Notes: generated by a model not told the origin, from the letters alone. Shown: positions 44,507-54,310, counted from the first letter of the stretch. The stretch is 64,000 nucleotides of DNA from Candidatus Thorarchaeota archaeon (GCA_046758445.1 JBHIAE010000010.1:4052-68051), one strand, 5' to 3'. A program made the numbers and translations.

Positions 44507-45028
44507 TTAATCTGCAATCAAAGCTCCATCGGTCAGCCACCAAGCGCCGCGCTTGCCTCTCACCTCTCCCTTCTCAAACGAAAGTACTGACTTGCCAAGA
44601 GCCTCCTTTGCACGCTCGTTCAACTTGGTGATTCGCACGTGAATGGTCTTCCGCTTGCTTGAATCTTTGAGTAAGCGTTCTGCAAGCTCAGGGGTGGAGG
44701 CACCCTCATACTGGAGAAGATACGCCAGGATTCTCCTATCCAGATCATCTCGACATACCTGAGTCTTTGTTACTTCATTCAGCCCACCCAGGAACACACT
44801 TGTTGACTGCATTCCTTCAAGATGCTCTACTCGAGTCTTGAGCTGGTTGACTTCTTCGGCAAGCTCATGAACCAGTGGAGGAATCTCCTTGTTAAGTCGC
44901 CATAGGACTGCTTCCTCAATGAACTTCTGCCTGCCCCTTTCTCCTGCCATTCTGTCAAGCCGCTTCAGAGTATCCCTGCTCAGTCGAACACGAATACTCA
45001 CAACTTGCTGTCGCCTTGATTTGCTCAT
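44507..45028 (-). CDS. Putative transcription regulator (N-terminal ribbon-helix-helix + C-terminal winged helix)
   Basis: 173 aa. VVSIRVRLSRDTLKRLDRMAGERGRQKFIEEAVLWRL is RHH-like. RRILAYLLQYEGASTPELAERL is wHTH-like. Confidence 0.55.
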   Translation of the reverse strand: MSKSRRQQVVSIRVRLSRDTLKRLDRMAGERGRQKFIEEAVLWRLNKEIPPLVHELAEEVNQLKTRVEHLEGMQSTSVFLGGLNEVTKTQVCRDDLDRRILAYLLQYEGASTPELAERLLKDSSKRKTIHVRITKLNERAKEALGKSVLSFEKGEVRGKRGAWWLTDGALIAD

Positions 45029-45184
45029 CCTGACCTACACTCCATTCAGCAGGCTCCAAGTATCTCCGCGTCTGAGAACCATCTTGAAAGGAAAAGCCTT
45101 CCTCTTTCATTCGGCGTCGCTTCTCCGACACAGTTATAACAAGTACATCGGGGGGCTCGCTGAAGAAGGCGAAGGTGATGGTCC

Positions 45185-45619
45185 ATGGTTAACAAAGAGA
45201 AAGCTGTGAAACGTGAGATAACCAGACTTAGGAAGAGACAGAACCCACAGCAAGTGGACTTTAGGAGAATGCGAAAGCTTCGCAAGGCTCGGGCCGATCT
45301 TTGGTCATCAAGGAAGCCTGTCGTCGTTAGGCCAACGATTGTCAAAGAGGAGAAGAAAGAGAAGGCTAAGAAGCCAAGGAAGAAGAAAGAACCCGAGTTA
45401 GAGATCATCGAAGATGAACCAGAACTCGAAGTCATCGAGGATGTCGCTGAGCCTATAGTCGTTGAAGAGAAGAAGAAGGCCAAGAAACCAAAGAAGGAAG
45501 AGAAGCCAAAGAAGAAGGAACCCGAGTTAGAGGTCATCGAGGAGGATGTAGAAATCGAGGAAATTGACCCGGAACTTGCGGACCTCTACACCTACGATGA
45601 AGAGATTGAAGACGAGTAG
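45185..45619 (+). CDS. Lys/Glu-rich low-complexity protein with internal repeat
   Basis: 144 aa with an ATG start and GGTGA 6 nt upstream. It has a basic N-terminus, repeated KKKEPELE(I/V)IE(D/E) units (nt ~45379-45414 and ~45510-45545), and an acidic tail. Confidence 0.45.
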   Translation: MVNKEKAVKREITRLRKRQNPQQVDFRRMRKLRKARADLWSSRKPVVVRPTIVKEEKKEKAKKPRKKKEPELEIIEDEPELEVIEDVAEPIVVEEKKKAKKPKKEEKPKKKEPELEVIEEDVEIEEIDPELADLYTYDEEIEDE

Positions 45620-45739
45620 GAATATCGCATATCCCTCTACTACCAAGTCAATCTCATGACAAAGAATAAGACTTGGGTGGTCCAGTACGCCTTACAAAGC
45701 AAACAGCAAGTAGGACGCAGATCGCATTAGTGGCCCTGC

Positions 45740-46597
45740 TTGCCCAATTGTCGGCACAAGGTGATTCAGGTGACAACTCTCCTTGATATTGTGAAGTATT
45801 TCGACGCCATAGCGCCACTGCGTCTAGTCTTCAAAGGACTAGAGAACAGAGTGGAAATCGGCCCTCAGTCTGAGAGCGAACAGGAGAAGACGACCATAAA
45901 CAGGATTGTCATTGCGACATATCCATCAGGCCGAGTTGTAACGAAAGCATCACAGGACAAGGCTAACCTGTTGATCACACATAGACCTCTCTTTCCATTC
46001 GCCATTGACAGAATCTCAGGTCAAGACTTGATTAGGATAAGACTGCTCACCAAGAACTACATCTCAAGCTACACACTAGGTGGTCCATGGATATGCGCAA
46101 GAGATGGGATTGGGGATGCACTGGTTGAAACTCTTGGTCTTGACAGAACTGGTGACTTCGTAATCCTGGGCGATCTAGATGAGATGGTCCCTGCCGGCAG
46201 ATTATGCATTCCTCCTAGCGTCATGAATCACTCGCGCTTTGCAAACTACTTGGTTGAGAAGCTAGGAATCGACGCAGTTACTTTCTCGGGCGACCTAGAT
46301 GACGAAGTAGGGCAGGTTCTAGTGTTCCCTGGCAGCCATGTTGACGTGCCTGAGATAATCCAGGCAAGGAAACTCAATGTCAAAACTCTAGTCACTGGAG
46401 AGGTTTCCCCGGATGTCAGACTCCTTGGAGTCGAAGAGGGTCTACACATCTTTGAGGTGGGAGCGTTTGTGACTGAGGAGCCCGGCATGAGAAGACTGAG
46501 GCATCAGTTCAGCCTTGAGTTTCCTGACCTCAAGGTAGAGTTTGTCGAATCGCCTCCACTGACCAAGTCGCTCTCACAGAAGAAGAACAAGTTGTGA
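45740..46597 (+). CDS. NIF3-family (dinuclear metal centre) protein, motif partly degenerate
   Basis: 285 aa. ANLLITHRPLFPF corresponds to the NIF3 HHP motif with one His replaced. The start is non-ATG and uncertain. Confidence 0.65.
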   Translation: MPNCRHKVIQVTTLLDIVKYFDAIAPLRLVFKGLENRVEIGPQSESEQEKTTINRIVIATYPSGRVVTKASQDKANLLITHRPLFPFAIDRISGQDLIRIRLLTKNYISSYTLGGPWICARDGIGDALVETLGLDRTGDFVILGDLDEMVPAGRLCIPPSVMNHSRFANYLVEKLGIDAVTFSGDLDDEVGQVLVFPGSHVDVPEIIQARKLNVKTLVTGEVSPDVRLLGVEEGLHIFEVGAFVTEEPGMRRLRHQFSLEFPDLKVEFVESPPLTKSLSQKKNKL

Positions 46598-46601
46598 GCC
46601 T

Positions 46602-47558
46602 CTAGTCTACGTCTGGATATCGAATCAGAATCACATTCTTGTTGCGCTCACAATCGAGATGCTGTGCTACAGGTAGGCACTTAGTTCTGAGAATGTGAAC
46701 AGTGGGGCAAAGCGCCGTGAATTCGGTCATAGACTCGTAGTTACCCATTCCTTTTGCTATAACCAGCTCGGCAGAGCGAAGGACTTCTTTGAATGCTTCA
46801 GAGTTTCTTTCAAGGTTCACTCCAATGGCTGCTGCTCCTGTATCCATCACATCATCTGCACGTTCGGAGAGACCCACTTCCATGGCGTCTGTCATAGTGG
46901 CGTCGTTCAAAACGGGTCCACCCTTGACAACGGCGAGTACCTTTGGTCCTAATCGCTTGATCTCAGAGATCAAAATCATGTCAAGTACCACCTCACCAGC
47001 ATTGTCTGTCAGATAGACAACTTCATTGGCATTCAAGCAGAGATCCATGAATTCGTCAATCTGATCTAGCGCAAGATCTGATTCGATTTTTCCGATGATG
47101 TGTCTTAGCTCCTCAAGGCTGAAATCGCGACCTGATACATCGAACTCTATCGCATTTGATGCTGCGGCGATGAGCGTTGCCCTTCGAAATCGCATCTTTG
47201 AATCGGTTGCTTCCTCTACCAGTTTCTCTAGTTCGGGAAGGATACTCAGAGCCATATTATTCGACTGACGTTTGAGCTCTTCATAGGGGTCTCTTCCTGT
47301 CATCCTCTGAACCAATAGATCTCTGTCAGTGCCTATGTGACTCGGCACTGAATCAGCATCGAATCTCTTGCCCAAGAAATCGAGCATGGCTGAAACTACG
47401 TCCATCTGAAGTTCGAGATCGTCAGTCGCCAATCTTGCTTGATTGACAGCCCGCTCAAGTAGACAGTGGGCACAGTCGAGGGTGACCTTCACATTGAATC
47501 GCCGAATCCCGGAGGCTTCTGAATCAGTGAAAAATGAACCGGAATAGGAACCAGTCAC
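46602..47558 (-). CDS. DUF89 / ARMT1-like damage-control phosphatase
   Basis: 318 aa with an N-terminal CAHC, the metal motif LTDNAGEVVLD, and KGMGNYE. It overlaps tpiA by 4 nt. Confidence 0.75.
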   Translation of the reverse strand: MTGSYSGSFFTDSEASGIRRFNVKVTLDCAHCLLERAVNQARLATDDLELQMDVVSAMLDFLGKRFDADSVPSHIGTDRDLLVQRMTGRDPYEELKRQSNNMALSILPELEKLVEEATDSKMRFRRATLIAAASNAIEFDVSGRDFSLEELRHIIGKIESDLALDQIDEFMDLCLNANEVVYLTDNAGEVVLDMILISEIKRLGPKVLAVVKGGPVLNDATMTDAMEVGLSERADDVMDTGAAAIGVNLERNSEAFKEVLRSAELVIAKGMGNYESMTEFTALCPTVHILRTKCLPVAQHLDCERNKNVILIRYPDVD

Positions 47559-48238
47559 TTCCTCAATGGTTCTATCAATCCCTTTAGCACCTGTTCTGGC
47601 TTGTCGGACTTGGCTACAGCAGAGGCAAGAAGCACGCCCTGCGATCCAAGTTTGATGGCGGCTTCAACATCTTGGCCAGTGCTGATACCAGCCCCGCAGA
47701 GTATGGTGACATCTCGATTTACTGCTCGAATGATGTCGACAGTGCCCGATATGACCTCTGGCTGAGACTGAGATACGGATATGCCTGTGCCGATGAGTTC
47801 TGGTGGCTCCACTGCGATTGCGTCTGGTTTCAGAGAGGCCGCTGCTGCGCTCACTAGAGGATTGTTTGTGCATACTAAGCTGTACAGCTGCAGCTTCTCC
47901 GCTCTTCTTACTGAGGCTTCAATGTCAGCGAGCTGCATTCTGTGTTCTGAGTGGTTCAATAGAGTTCCAGAGCATCCTGCCTCAACTAATGTCTCTCCAA
48001 TTGCGTGACCTGTGAAGCGACCGGGTTCGCCGGAATCCATGTGCTGTGAGAAGACAGGAATCTCCACGGCCTTGCTGACTCTGTACAGGTCGGGAACTTG
48101 GGGACAGACGACAACTGATACACTATGCTCATTCGAAACCTTCTCACAAGTCTGCGCGAGGAGTACAGCCTTTTCGCCTGTGGCTTGAGGATAGGTCTTG
48201 AAATTGACTGCAATGATTGGAAGTTCAACCTTTGCCAT
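47555..48238 (-). CDS. tpiA: Triosephosphate isomerase, archaeal type
   Basis: 227 aa with IIAVNFKTY, LLNHSEHR and EPPELIGTG. Confidence 0.9.
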   Translation of the reverse strand: MAKVELPIIAVNFKTYPQATGEKAVLLAQTCEKVSNEHSVSVVVCPQVPDLYRVSKAVEIPVFSQHMDSGEPGRFTGHAIGETLVEAGCSGTLLNHSEHRMQLADIEASVRRAEKLQLYSLVCTNNPLVSAAAASLKPDAIAVEPPELIGTGISVSQSQPEVISGTVDIIRAVNRDVTILCGAGISTGQDVEAAIKLGSQGVLLASAVAKSDKPEQVLKGLIEPLRK

Positions 48239-48333
48239 TGTGCTCTTTCCTGCCTAGCCGCATCTTTCTCCGACTCAGGCAGAGGATTCCGTACTGCGCC
48301 TGCTAATAAGTTGCTACGTTGAGAACATCAAGT

Positions 48334-48954
48334 TCAGCGCATCTGACCAACGAGGAGCTTCAATATAGGTATCCTGGCGTAGCCTCTTCGGTTCATACTA
48401 CTGATGTCCTTACGAATCTCAATCTTGACAAACTTGCCGGCATCTGGTTTCCTGTAGTGATGTATGTATACCTTTGAGAAATCTGCAAAGGTGGGTGCAC
48501 TAAGCAACTCAGCAACAGTGCTATTGGAGATTCTCACAAAGACATCTTCCTCTGGCACTGTGCCGGTCCCAAAACTCACCTCTCCATGGGCTTGCTTCTT
48601 CACATTGAATCTCTCGCCCATCGCCATGAACTCGAGGGCGAACTCGTCAGGACCCTCCATTCCAGCAGCGGCCGTTGGATCCGCAAACAGGTACTTCAGG
48701 CGCTCAGTGAACTCTGAATGGTAGGGGATGGTGTCTCCCGGTCTGGCGGGCGTAGGCATCTCAGCTCTAGCTTCTGGCTCGGCTTCTTCAACCTCCGGTT
48801 CTGGCTCAGGTTCCGGCTGGCGTTCAGGTGCCTTGACCTCGGGCTCTGCTATCACTTCTGCAGGAGGGGCTTCAGCAGAAGGCTCTTCTTCTACAGCAGC
48901 CTTCTCGTCTTCCTTCTCTTCTTCGCGTCCAAGGAATTTCCTTATCCTTTCCAT
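48334..48954 (-). CDS. Hypothetical protein: acidic/Pro-rich N-terminus, possible SCP2-like C-domain
   Basis: 206 aa. The EPEP low-complexity region is followed by a ~110-aa globular part. The domain guess is weak. Confidence 0.4.
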   Translation of the reverse strand: MERIRKFLGREEEKEDEKAAVEEEPSAEAPPAEVIAEPEVKAPERQPEPEPEPEVEEAEPEARAEMPTPARPGDTIPYHSEFTERLKYLFADPTAAAGMEGPDEFALEFMAMGERFNVKKQAHGEVSFGTGTVPEEDVFVRISNSTVAELLSAPTFADFSKVYIHHYRKPDAGKFVKIEIRKDISSMNRRGYARIPILKLLVGQMR

Positions 48955-49084
48955 CTTTCACACAGTCTCCTAGGATGAGTTGAACAAACAGGTTATGAAG
49001 CCTGCTTCTTACGGTGTGTTATTGGTCGACCTTGACCGACCGATAATGGCTTCAGTCATAGAAAAAGGTAATCTGAATGTACAG

Positions 49085-49315
49085 CTACGGTGGGGTCTCC
49101 GCCGAGCTTGTCTTGAGAGCGGCAGCCAACTCCTGTAGCTGAGCAACAAGAGGGATTGACCTCGATTGGGTTCTGTCACCCCAGAGCTCCTCCACAAGTA
49201 AGTCACGAATTGCAATCCTAATGACCTCAGAGCGGTTGGGGTACTTGCTCTGCCCGATGAGGTTGTCTAGCCCTTCAACATAGGACTCGGGCAGACATAT
49301 CGTTACGACCTTCAT
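49085..49315 (-). CDS. Ribbon-helix-helix (CopG/NikR-type) DNA-binding protein
   Basis: 76 aa. MKVVTICLPESYVEGLDNLIGQSKYPNRSEVIRIAIRDLL is a typical RHH sequence. Confidence 0.65.
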   Translation of the reverse strand: MKVVTICLPESYVEGLDNLIGQSKYPNRSEVIRIAIRDLLVEELWGDRTQSRSIPLVAQLQELAAALKTSSAETPP

Positions 49316-49340
49316 TGTTCACCAACCAACTTGGAGCCAA

Positions 49341-49360
49341 ACACGCTAAAGAAAGCGTGT
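49341..49360. promoter_or_regulatory. Perfect palindrome ACACGCT-N6-AGCGTGT, candidate operator of the RHH gene
   Basis: It lies 26-45 nt upstream of the RHH ATG. An AATAATA TATA-like box (49383..49389, minus strand) sits ~25 nt further upstream, so the predicted TSS falls within the palindrome. Confidence 0.4.
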
Positions 49361-49484
49361 CATTTCCAGATTGACATCTAGGTATTATTCACTCTCTATC
49401 CCACTTCATGCCTAGTTGCACCACTTCCTGGGGCAGGTTTAAGAACGCGCATGTTGTTTCGCTGATTCATCAGCTGTCACGGTC

Positions 49485-49787
49485 ATGGTGAACCTTATGG
49501 GAAGAGGTAAGTCAGGAAAGATACGAGCCAGCCACGTTCTGGTCGACAAACATAGCAAAGCTCTTGAGATAATCAGCAGGATTCGCGAAGGAGAAGACTT
49601 TGGAGCCATTGCGAAGCAGTACAGCGACTGCTCATCAAGGAAGAAGAGCGGAGACTTGGGCTGGTTTGGAAGAGGCAAAATGGTCAAGGAGTTCGAGAGG
49701 GCTGCTTTTGCTCTCAGTGTTGGAGCGATGACCACAGATCCTGTGAAGACAGAGTATGGATATCACATCATAAAGCGCACTGGCTAG
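49485..49787 (+). CDS. Parvulin-type peptidyl-prolyl isomerase
   Basis: 100 aa with ASHVLV...FGAIAKQYSDC...GDLGWFGRGKMVKEFE...YGYHIIKR. Confidence 0.85.
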   Translation: MVNLMGRGKSGKIRASHVLVDKHSKALEIISRIREGEDFGAIAKQYSDCSSRKKSGDLGWFGRGKMVKEFERAAFALSVGAMTTDPVKTEYGYHIIKRTG

Positions 49788-49820
49788 ATCAAGTAGAGTG
49801 CTTCCTCAGATAGAGTAACA

Positions 49821-49853
49821 GCTGGACCTGAGAGCCGAGTTTCTCAGGTCAGC
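49821..49853. terminator. Hairpin between convergent parvulin and fbp genes
   Basis: ACCTGAGA (49826-49833) pairs with TCTCAGGT (49842-49849), and flanking GCTG/CAGC extends the stem. It lies in a 75-nt convergent intergenic spacer. Confidence 0.4.
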
Positions 49854-49862
49854 TTTCATCAC

Positions 49863-51026
49863 TCACTCTGCTGAGTCGGATGTGTCCTTTTCTTTGCCCT
49901 TTGGAACTATCTCATAGTCCATGAAGCGATTCTCACACTTGCTGAGAACCTTGGGCAGTGTGCTGTATTCCATCCGATCTGACGATAGCCTGTGAAACTC
50001 GAATGGACCATGTTGGCGCAGGTAGTCTGCAATCTCCATCCCACGCTGGCGTGATATATCAAAGGCGATATCATCGAAGAGATCAACTGGACCTACCAGC
50101 TCACCATTGGAAATTTGGAAGCCTAATCCGATGACCCGCGGAGGACCATCAAATCTCGTGCATCTTGAGTCTTTCAATGCAACAGGCAGAAGGGGACCAG
50201 CATGAGACCCACGCATCCAACCAGCCACCAAGTGAGGAATGGTGAAAGCCTCAAGCACTTCTCCCATGGCTGGTAGGCCTGAGTGCGCTCTGATGATGGC
50301 AACGGGGTCATCCTTTCCTACATACTTGCCAGCTATTGCATGGAGTTTGTCCGTGCTGACAGAAGCACAGACCATTCCGTCTGCGCGATAGACTTTCTTT
50401 ATTGTGAACGTTCCAGTGCTACCGAGAAGAGCAAGCACGTCGTACATCTCTTCTGGGCACTTCATGTCCACAAAGCATGGGACATCTTTCATGATGTCTT
50501 GAATCACGAAGGTGAATCCATCATGCAGGTTTGGATCAATGATAAGCCCTGCGGTGTTGAACGGGTCAGCAAATATCTTGAACATAGGCAGATTGAATGC
50601 GCCCGGCTCGGTCTTGTCTGCCATGAAGATGGCAAAGGGCTCTGACCTTCGCTCCTGGATTGTAATCTCTGCAGAACCGGGACCCATGCCCTTCACGTTT
50701 CCGCTGAATGTGTCAGCAAGCATATCTTGTCCGGCTGCGTAGATCTTCTTCTCCCGAGCCTTCTCGGTGCCTTTGATGAATGTGTCCCAGGCAAGTCGGT
50801 GAACCTCTTCATTGTTCTCTCCCTTGTCATGGGTCATAATCAGCTCCAGATCATCACCCGCGTGGGTGACATAGAAATCTTTGATGATCTTCTTGTCAAC
50901 TGCTGCCTTCATCTCTTTCCTGGCAAGCTCGAGAAGGAAATCAGGCACAACTACATGACCGGCAAGTGAACCAATGTCGGCCTTGATCACGCTAATGGTC
51001 GTTTCAACCAATACATTCCGCTCCAT
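49863..51026 (-). CDS. fbp: Fructose-1,6-bisphosphate aldolase/phosphatase (class V FBPase)
   Basis: 387 aa with the N-terminal TTISVIKADIGSLAGH and family-typical length. Confidence 0.92.
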   Translation of the reverse strand: MERNVLVETTISVIKADIGSLAGHVVVPDFLLELARKEMKAAVDKKIIKDFYVTHAGDDLELIMTHDKGENNEEVHRLAWDTFIKGTEKAREKKIYAAGQDMLADTFSGNVKGMGPGSAEITIQERRSEPFAIFMADKTEPGAFNLPMFKIFADPFNTAGLIIDPNLHDGFTFVIQDIMKDVPCFVDMKCPEEMYDVLALLGSTGTFTIKKVYRADGMVCASVSTDKLHAIAGKYVGKDDPVAIIRAHSGLPAMGEVLEAFTIPHLVAGWMRGSHAGPLLPVALKDSRCTRFDGPPRVIGLGFQISNGELVGPVDLFDDIAFDISRQRGMEIADYLRQHGPFEFHRLSSDRMEYSTLPKVLSKCENRFMDYEIVPKGKEKDTSDSAE

Positions 51027-51227
51027 TTACTGAATGCTATGAGAGCAGCATGACGCCCTCGTACGGGACAGCAGGCCTAAAAGTTTGGGTTTTAGGTGTT
51101 TCGGAGACCCTGTCCCGAGCAGACTGCGATTATTCTATGAATGTATAATAGTCTGTTGGTCCTGGTGTCTTGGAAGCGGCCCGAAACTGAAATAGCCTAG
51201 TTATGATGAGAAGAGAGGGGGACAAAG

Positions 51228-52061
51228 ATGCCCAAAGACAAGGTTTTTGCAGAACGACCTGAAACTCCCGACCACAAGCAATACCACATTGAGGTAAAGA
51301 CTGAAGACGTAGCCGAGTCGGTGCTTCTCCCGGGAGACCCTCAACGAGTAGCCAAAATCAGCGCTGGTTGGGACTCCTTCAAAGAGACCGCCTCACACAG
51401 GCAGTATGTTACGCACACCGGTCTGTACAAGGGAACTCCAATCTCTGCATGTTCTACTGGGATTGGAGGGCCTGGTACTGCTATAGCTGTCGAAGAACTG
51501 GCGAGCGTAGGAGTGAGGAATTTCATCCGAGTGGGGTCCTGCGCAACTCTAAAGGAAGACATCGTGATTGGTGATCTGATTATTACTACAGGTGCAGTTA
51601 GACTTGAGGGAACCAGTAAGCAGTATGTGCGGCCTGAATACCCTGCAAGTGCGTCCTACGAGATTGTAATGGCCCTGGTTGAAGCTGCTGACTCATTGGG
51701 TTTGAAATATCACCTAGGAATATCCGCCTCTACAGACTCGTTCTATCTTGGCCAATCAAGGCCAGGCTTCAATGACTACACGCAGAGCTTTAGCGAAACT
51801 CTGATTGAAGATCTGCAGAAAGCTAACGTTGCGAACTTTGAGATGGAGGCAGCCACCATCTTCACCCTTGCAAACATCTATGGGTTCAGGGCAGGTGCTG
51901 TTTGTGCAGTCTATGCCAACAGAGTTCATGATGAGTTTGCTGTCAAGGGAGAAGATGACGTTATTGCCTGTGGGAACGAATCCGTAAAGATTCTGGCAGA
52001 GATGGATGAGGAGAAGGCAATCGCGGGCAAGGATTTCTGGACACGAGGCTTGAGGAAGTAG
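51228..52061 (+). CDS. Nucleoside phosphorylase (PNP/UDP family 1; uridine phosphorylase-like)
   Basis: 277 aa with GDPQRV, STGIGGP, RVGSCATL and EMEAATIF. Confidence 0.85.
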   Translation: MPKDKVFAERPETPDHKQYHIEVKTEDVAESVLLPGDPQRVAKISAGWDSFKETASHRQYVTHTGLYKGTPISACSTGIGGPGTAIAVEELASVGVRNFIRVGSCATLKEDIVIGDLIITTGAVRLEGTSKQYVRPEYPASASYEIVMALVEAADSLGLKYHLGISASTDSFYLGQSRPGFNDYTQSFSETLIEDLQKANVANFEMEAATIFTLANIYGFRAGAVCAVYANRVHDEFAVKGEDDVIACGNESVKILAEMDEEKAIAGKDFWTRGLRK

Positions 52062-52143
52062 AACTTTGCGTAGATGGCACTGGTTCCTGAGAAGCAATGT
52101 GTCTAACACGAAACGCAGAGATTCTCATCCCAGAATGACACGA

Positions 52144-53955
52144 CTATTCCACGTAATAGTACTCTCCAGATGCCTTCTGCTGAGTATCCAATCTCGAGCC
52201 GTCCTTGTTCACCCTTGGTCTGCCTGTCTGAGAGTCTCTCCTGAATGTGACGCCCATCTGTTTAAGAAACGCGTTCATCCCGCTGCGCAGAGTCGTTACA
52301 GAAGATGCGATCCCCTTCTTGCCAGGAACTCCTCCAAAAACCACCATGCTGTCACTCAGGTAGTCAGCCATCAAGATCGAGTGCTCAACCACAAAGGCAG
52401 TTCTCATCGAAGTTTGGATTGATCTTCTTATGGCTCTGGAGCTTGCCAGGCGCTGCTCAATGTCAAGGAAAGCAGATGGCTCGTCAAACAGATAGATGTC
52501 GGCATCTTGGGCAAGACATCGGGCAATCGCAGCTCTCTGGAGCTCGCCCCCGGACAACTCTGAAACAAGATGATCCATGAGATATTCGAGCTCCAGTTTT
52601 CGGATCACTGAGGACTTGAAGTCAGCACTATCGACAGTACTTCCACCTGCTTCCCGGAGATACATCCGAACATTCCCATCGTAGTCAGCGTCAATATACT
52701 GAGGTTTGTAGGCAACCTTGAGATCGAATCCAGAAACAGTCTTCTTGGGGGCCTCACCCTCATCAGGCTCCAAAGCACCTGCAAGCATCCTTACAAAGGT
52801 CGTCTTCCCAATACCGTTAGGACCAAGGACACCCACGATTTGCCCGCGAGTCACACGTCCTCCGTTCACATCTAGCGTGAAGTCTTCAAACTCCTTCTTC
52901 ATATTGCCGTATTCAACCAGAGTTTCAGCTCCGATGAATTCCTCGTCCTCTCCTGTCATTCCTTTGAATGAAATCGCGGTATCGCGGAAACGCATGTTCT
53001 CGTCAGGGATGTATCCATCAAGGAAGATGTTTACTCCTACCCTAGTACCGTGGGGATGTGATACGATACCGTAGGTGCCGGGGCCCCCATACAGGATGCA
53101 GACAAGATCCGAAACATAGTCCAGGATCGAAAGGTCATGTTCCACTACAACAACCGTCTTTCCAAGAGCAGAGAGCTGACGAACAGATCGAGCCACGCGT
53201 AGTCTCTCTCGCACGTCGAGATAGGCCGTTGGTTCGTCAAAGAAATAGAAGTCACCCTCACGCACTATTGCTGCGGTCATCGCGACTCTCTGAAGCTCGC
53301 CTCCACTCAGATACTGAATCGGTCGGTCCCAGATCTCACTAAGACCCATGTCCTCCTTGAGCCCCTTCAACCTACCTGTAGTATCAGCCGCCTCTAGAAG
53401 ATCGCTGATGGACTTTTCAGCGACTGTCTTGACTTCTGGTAGGTCGGTGATATTTTGAGGCTTGTGAACGGGCGTGATCTTGCCTTCCTGAATCTTCTCG
53501 AAGAAGGGCTGTAGCTCAGAACCGCGATACTGTCGGATAATCTCATCCCAGCCGGGCGGATTCTCCAGATTCCCCAGGTTAGGCTGAAGCTCTCCGGCAA
53601 GAATTCTCAAAGCAGTGGTCTTTCCCACGCCGTTCGGGCCTATGACTCCCAATACCTTGCCCTCCTTGGGTATTGGAAGCCGGAACAGTTTGAATCCGTT
53701 GACGCTGTACCGATGACTTGTGTCAGTTTCAAGCTCCTCAGGAAGGTTCACTATGCTGATCACATGGTAGGGACATTTCTTGACACAGATAGCTTCACCG
53801 GAGCACAGAGCCTCCACTATCGTTGGAGGCTTGTTTGGGCCATCGAGGAACACTACTGTCTCGTCCCCGGTTCTGACACGTGGACAGAATCTCTGACACT
53901 CATGTGTGCAGTCTTTTGGTCTGCATCGAGATCTGTCGATTACTGCAATGCGCAT
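52144..53955 (-). CDS. abcE1: ABCE1 / RNase L inhibitor-type ribosome recycling ATPase
   Basis: 603 aa with N-terminal 4Fe-4S motifs (CRPKDCTHECQRFCP; CSGEAICVKKCP) and two ABC cassettes (GPNGVGKT, GPNGIGKT, 2x LSGGELQR). Confidence 0.93.
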   Translation of the reverse strand: MRIAVIDRSRCRPKDCTHECQRFCPRVRTGDETVVFLDGPNKPPTIVEALCSGEAICVKKCPYHVISIVNLPEELETDTSHRYSVNGFKLFRLPIPKEGKVLGVIGPNGVGKTTALRILAGELQPNLGNLENPPGWDEIIRQYRGSELQPFFEKIQEGKITPVHKPQNITDLPEVKTVAEKSISDLLEAADTTGRLKGLKEDMGLSEIWDRPIQYLSGGELQRVAMTAAIVREGDFYFFDEPTAYLDVRERLRVARSVRQLSALGKTVVVVEHDLSILDYVSDLVCILYGGPGTYGIVSHPHGTRVGVNIFLDGYIPDENMRFRDTAISFKGMTGEDEEFIGAETLVEYGNMKKEFEDFTLDVNGGRVTRGQIVGVLGPNGIGKTTFVRMLAGALEPDEGEAPKKTVSGFDLKVAYKPQYIDADYDGNVRMYLREAGGSTVDSADFKSSVIRKLELEYLMDHLVSELSGGELQRAAIARCLAQDADIYLFDEPSAFLDIEQRLASSRAIRRSIQTSMRTAFVVEHSILMADYLSDSMVVFGGVPGKKGIASSVTTLRSGMNAFLKQMGVTFRRDSQTGRPRVNKDGSRLDTQQKASGEYYYVE

Positions 53956-54310
53956 GTGATCACCCTAGTCCTTGAGGGGGATGAGGTCCAGTCTTCTAGA
54001 CAGTATTTAGCGCTTTCTGACCCGTTTCCTAGAGATCGAGTGAACTTCGACTGAAGGAAACTTCCATGTTCCACCCTTCCCTTGCCCGGTGTCGCCACCT
54101 CATAAACTCGAACGAGTCTGCAATCAGTAGGGGCTTTGTCTGTCATCATTGGAATGAGATTCCTCCTCCAGACCCTGATGACGTACGTGAGTTCTTGGAT
54201 CAAAAAATGAGGCAGCTGCTAGACTAGTACTCGATGACTCTAGACAGGAAGCTAAGGGCTGTAATCCGAAACGAGATGGAGGTCACGCTTGACATGCGGA
54301 ATCTCTGAGG

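Noticed and set aside
43780-45180. Integrated mobile element at the tRNA-Arg genes
   Set aside because: There is no integrase, transposase or partial tRNA 3'-end direct repeat. Both tRNA copies are full length with their own promoters. The neighbouring RHH-wHTH gene alone is not evidence of a mobile element.
45046-45537. 163-aa minus-strand ORF rich in Phe/Ser/Gly
   Set aside because: It is the antisense image of the K/E-rich + strand ORF, which has an ATG preceded by GGTGA. The minus ORF has no start context and an implausible composition.
53940-54203. 87-aa minus-strand ORF upstream of and overlapping the abcE1 start
   Set aside because: It overlaps the abcE1 promoter and SD region (TAAATA box, GGGTGATCAC) and has no recognisable features. 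I treat the region as the abcE1 5' control region.
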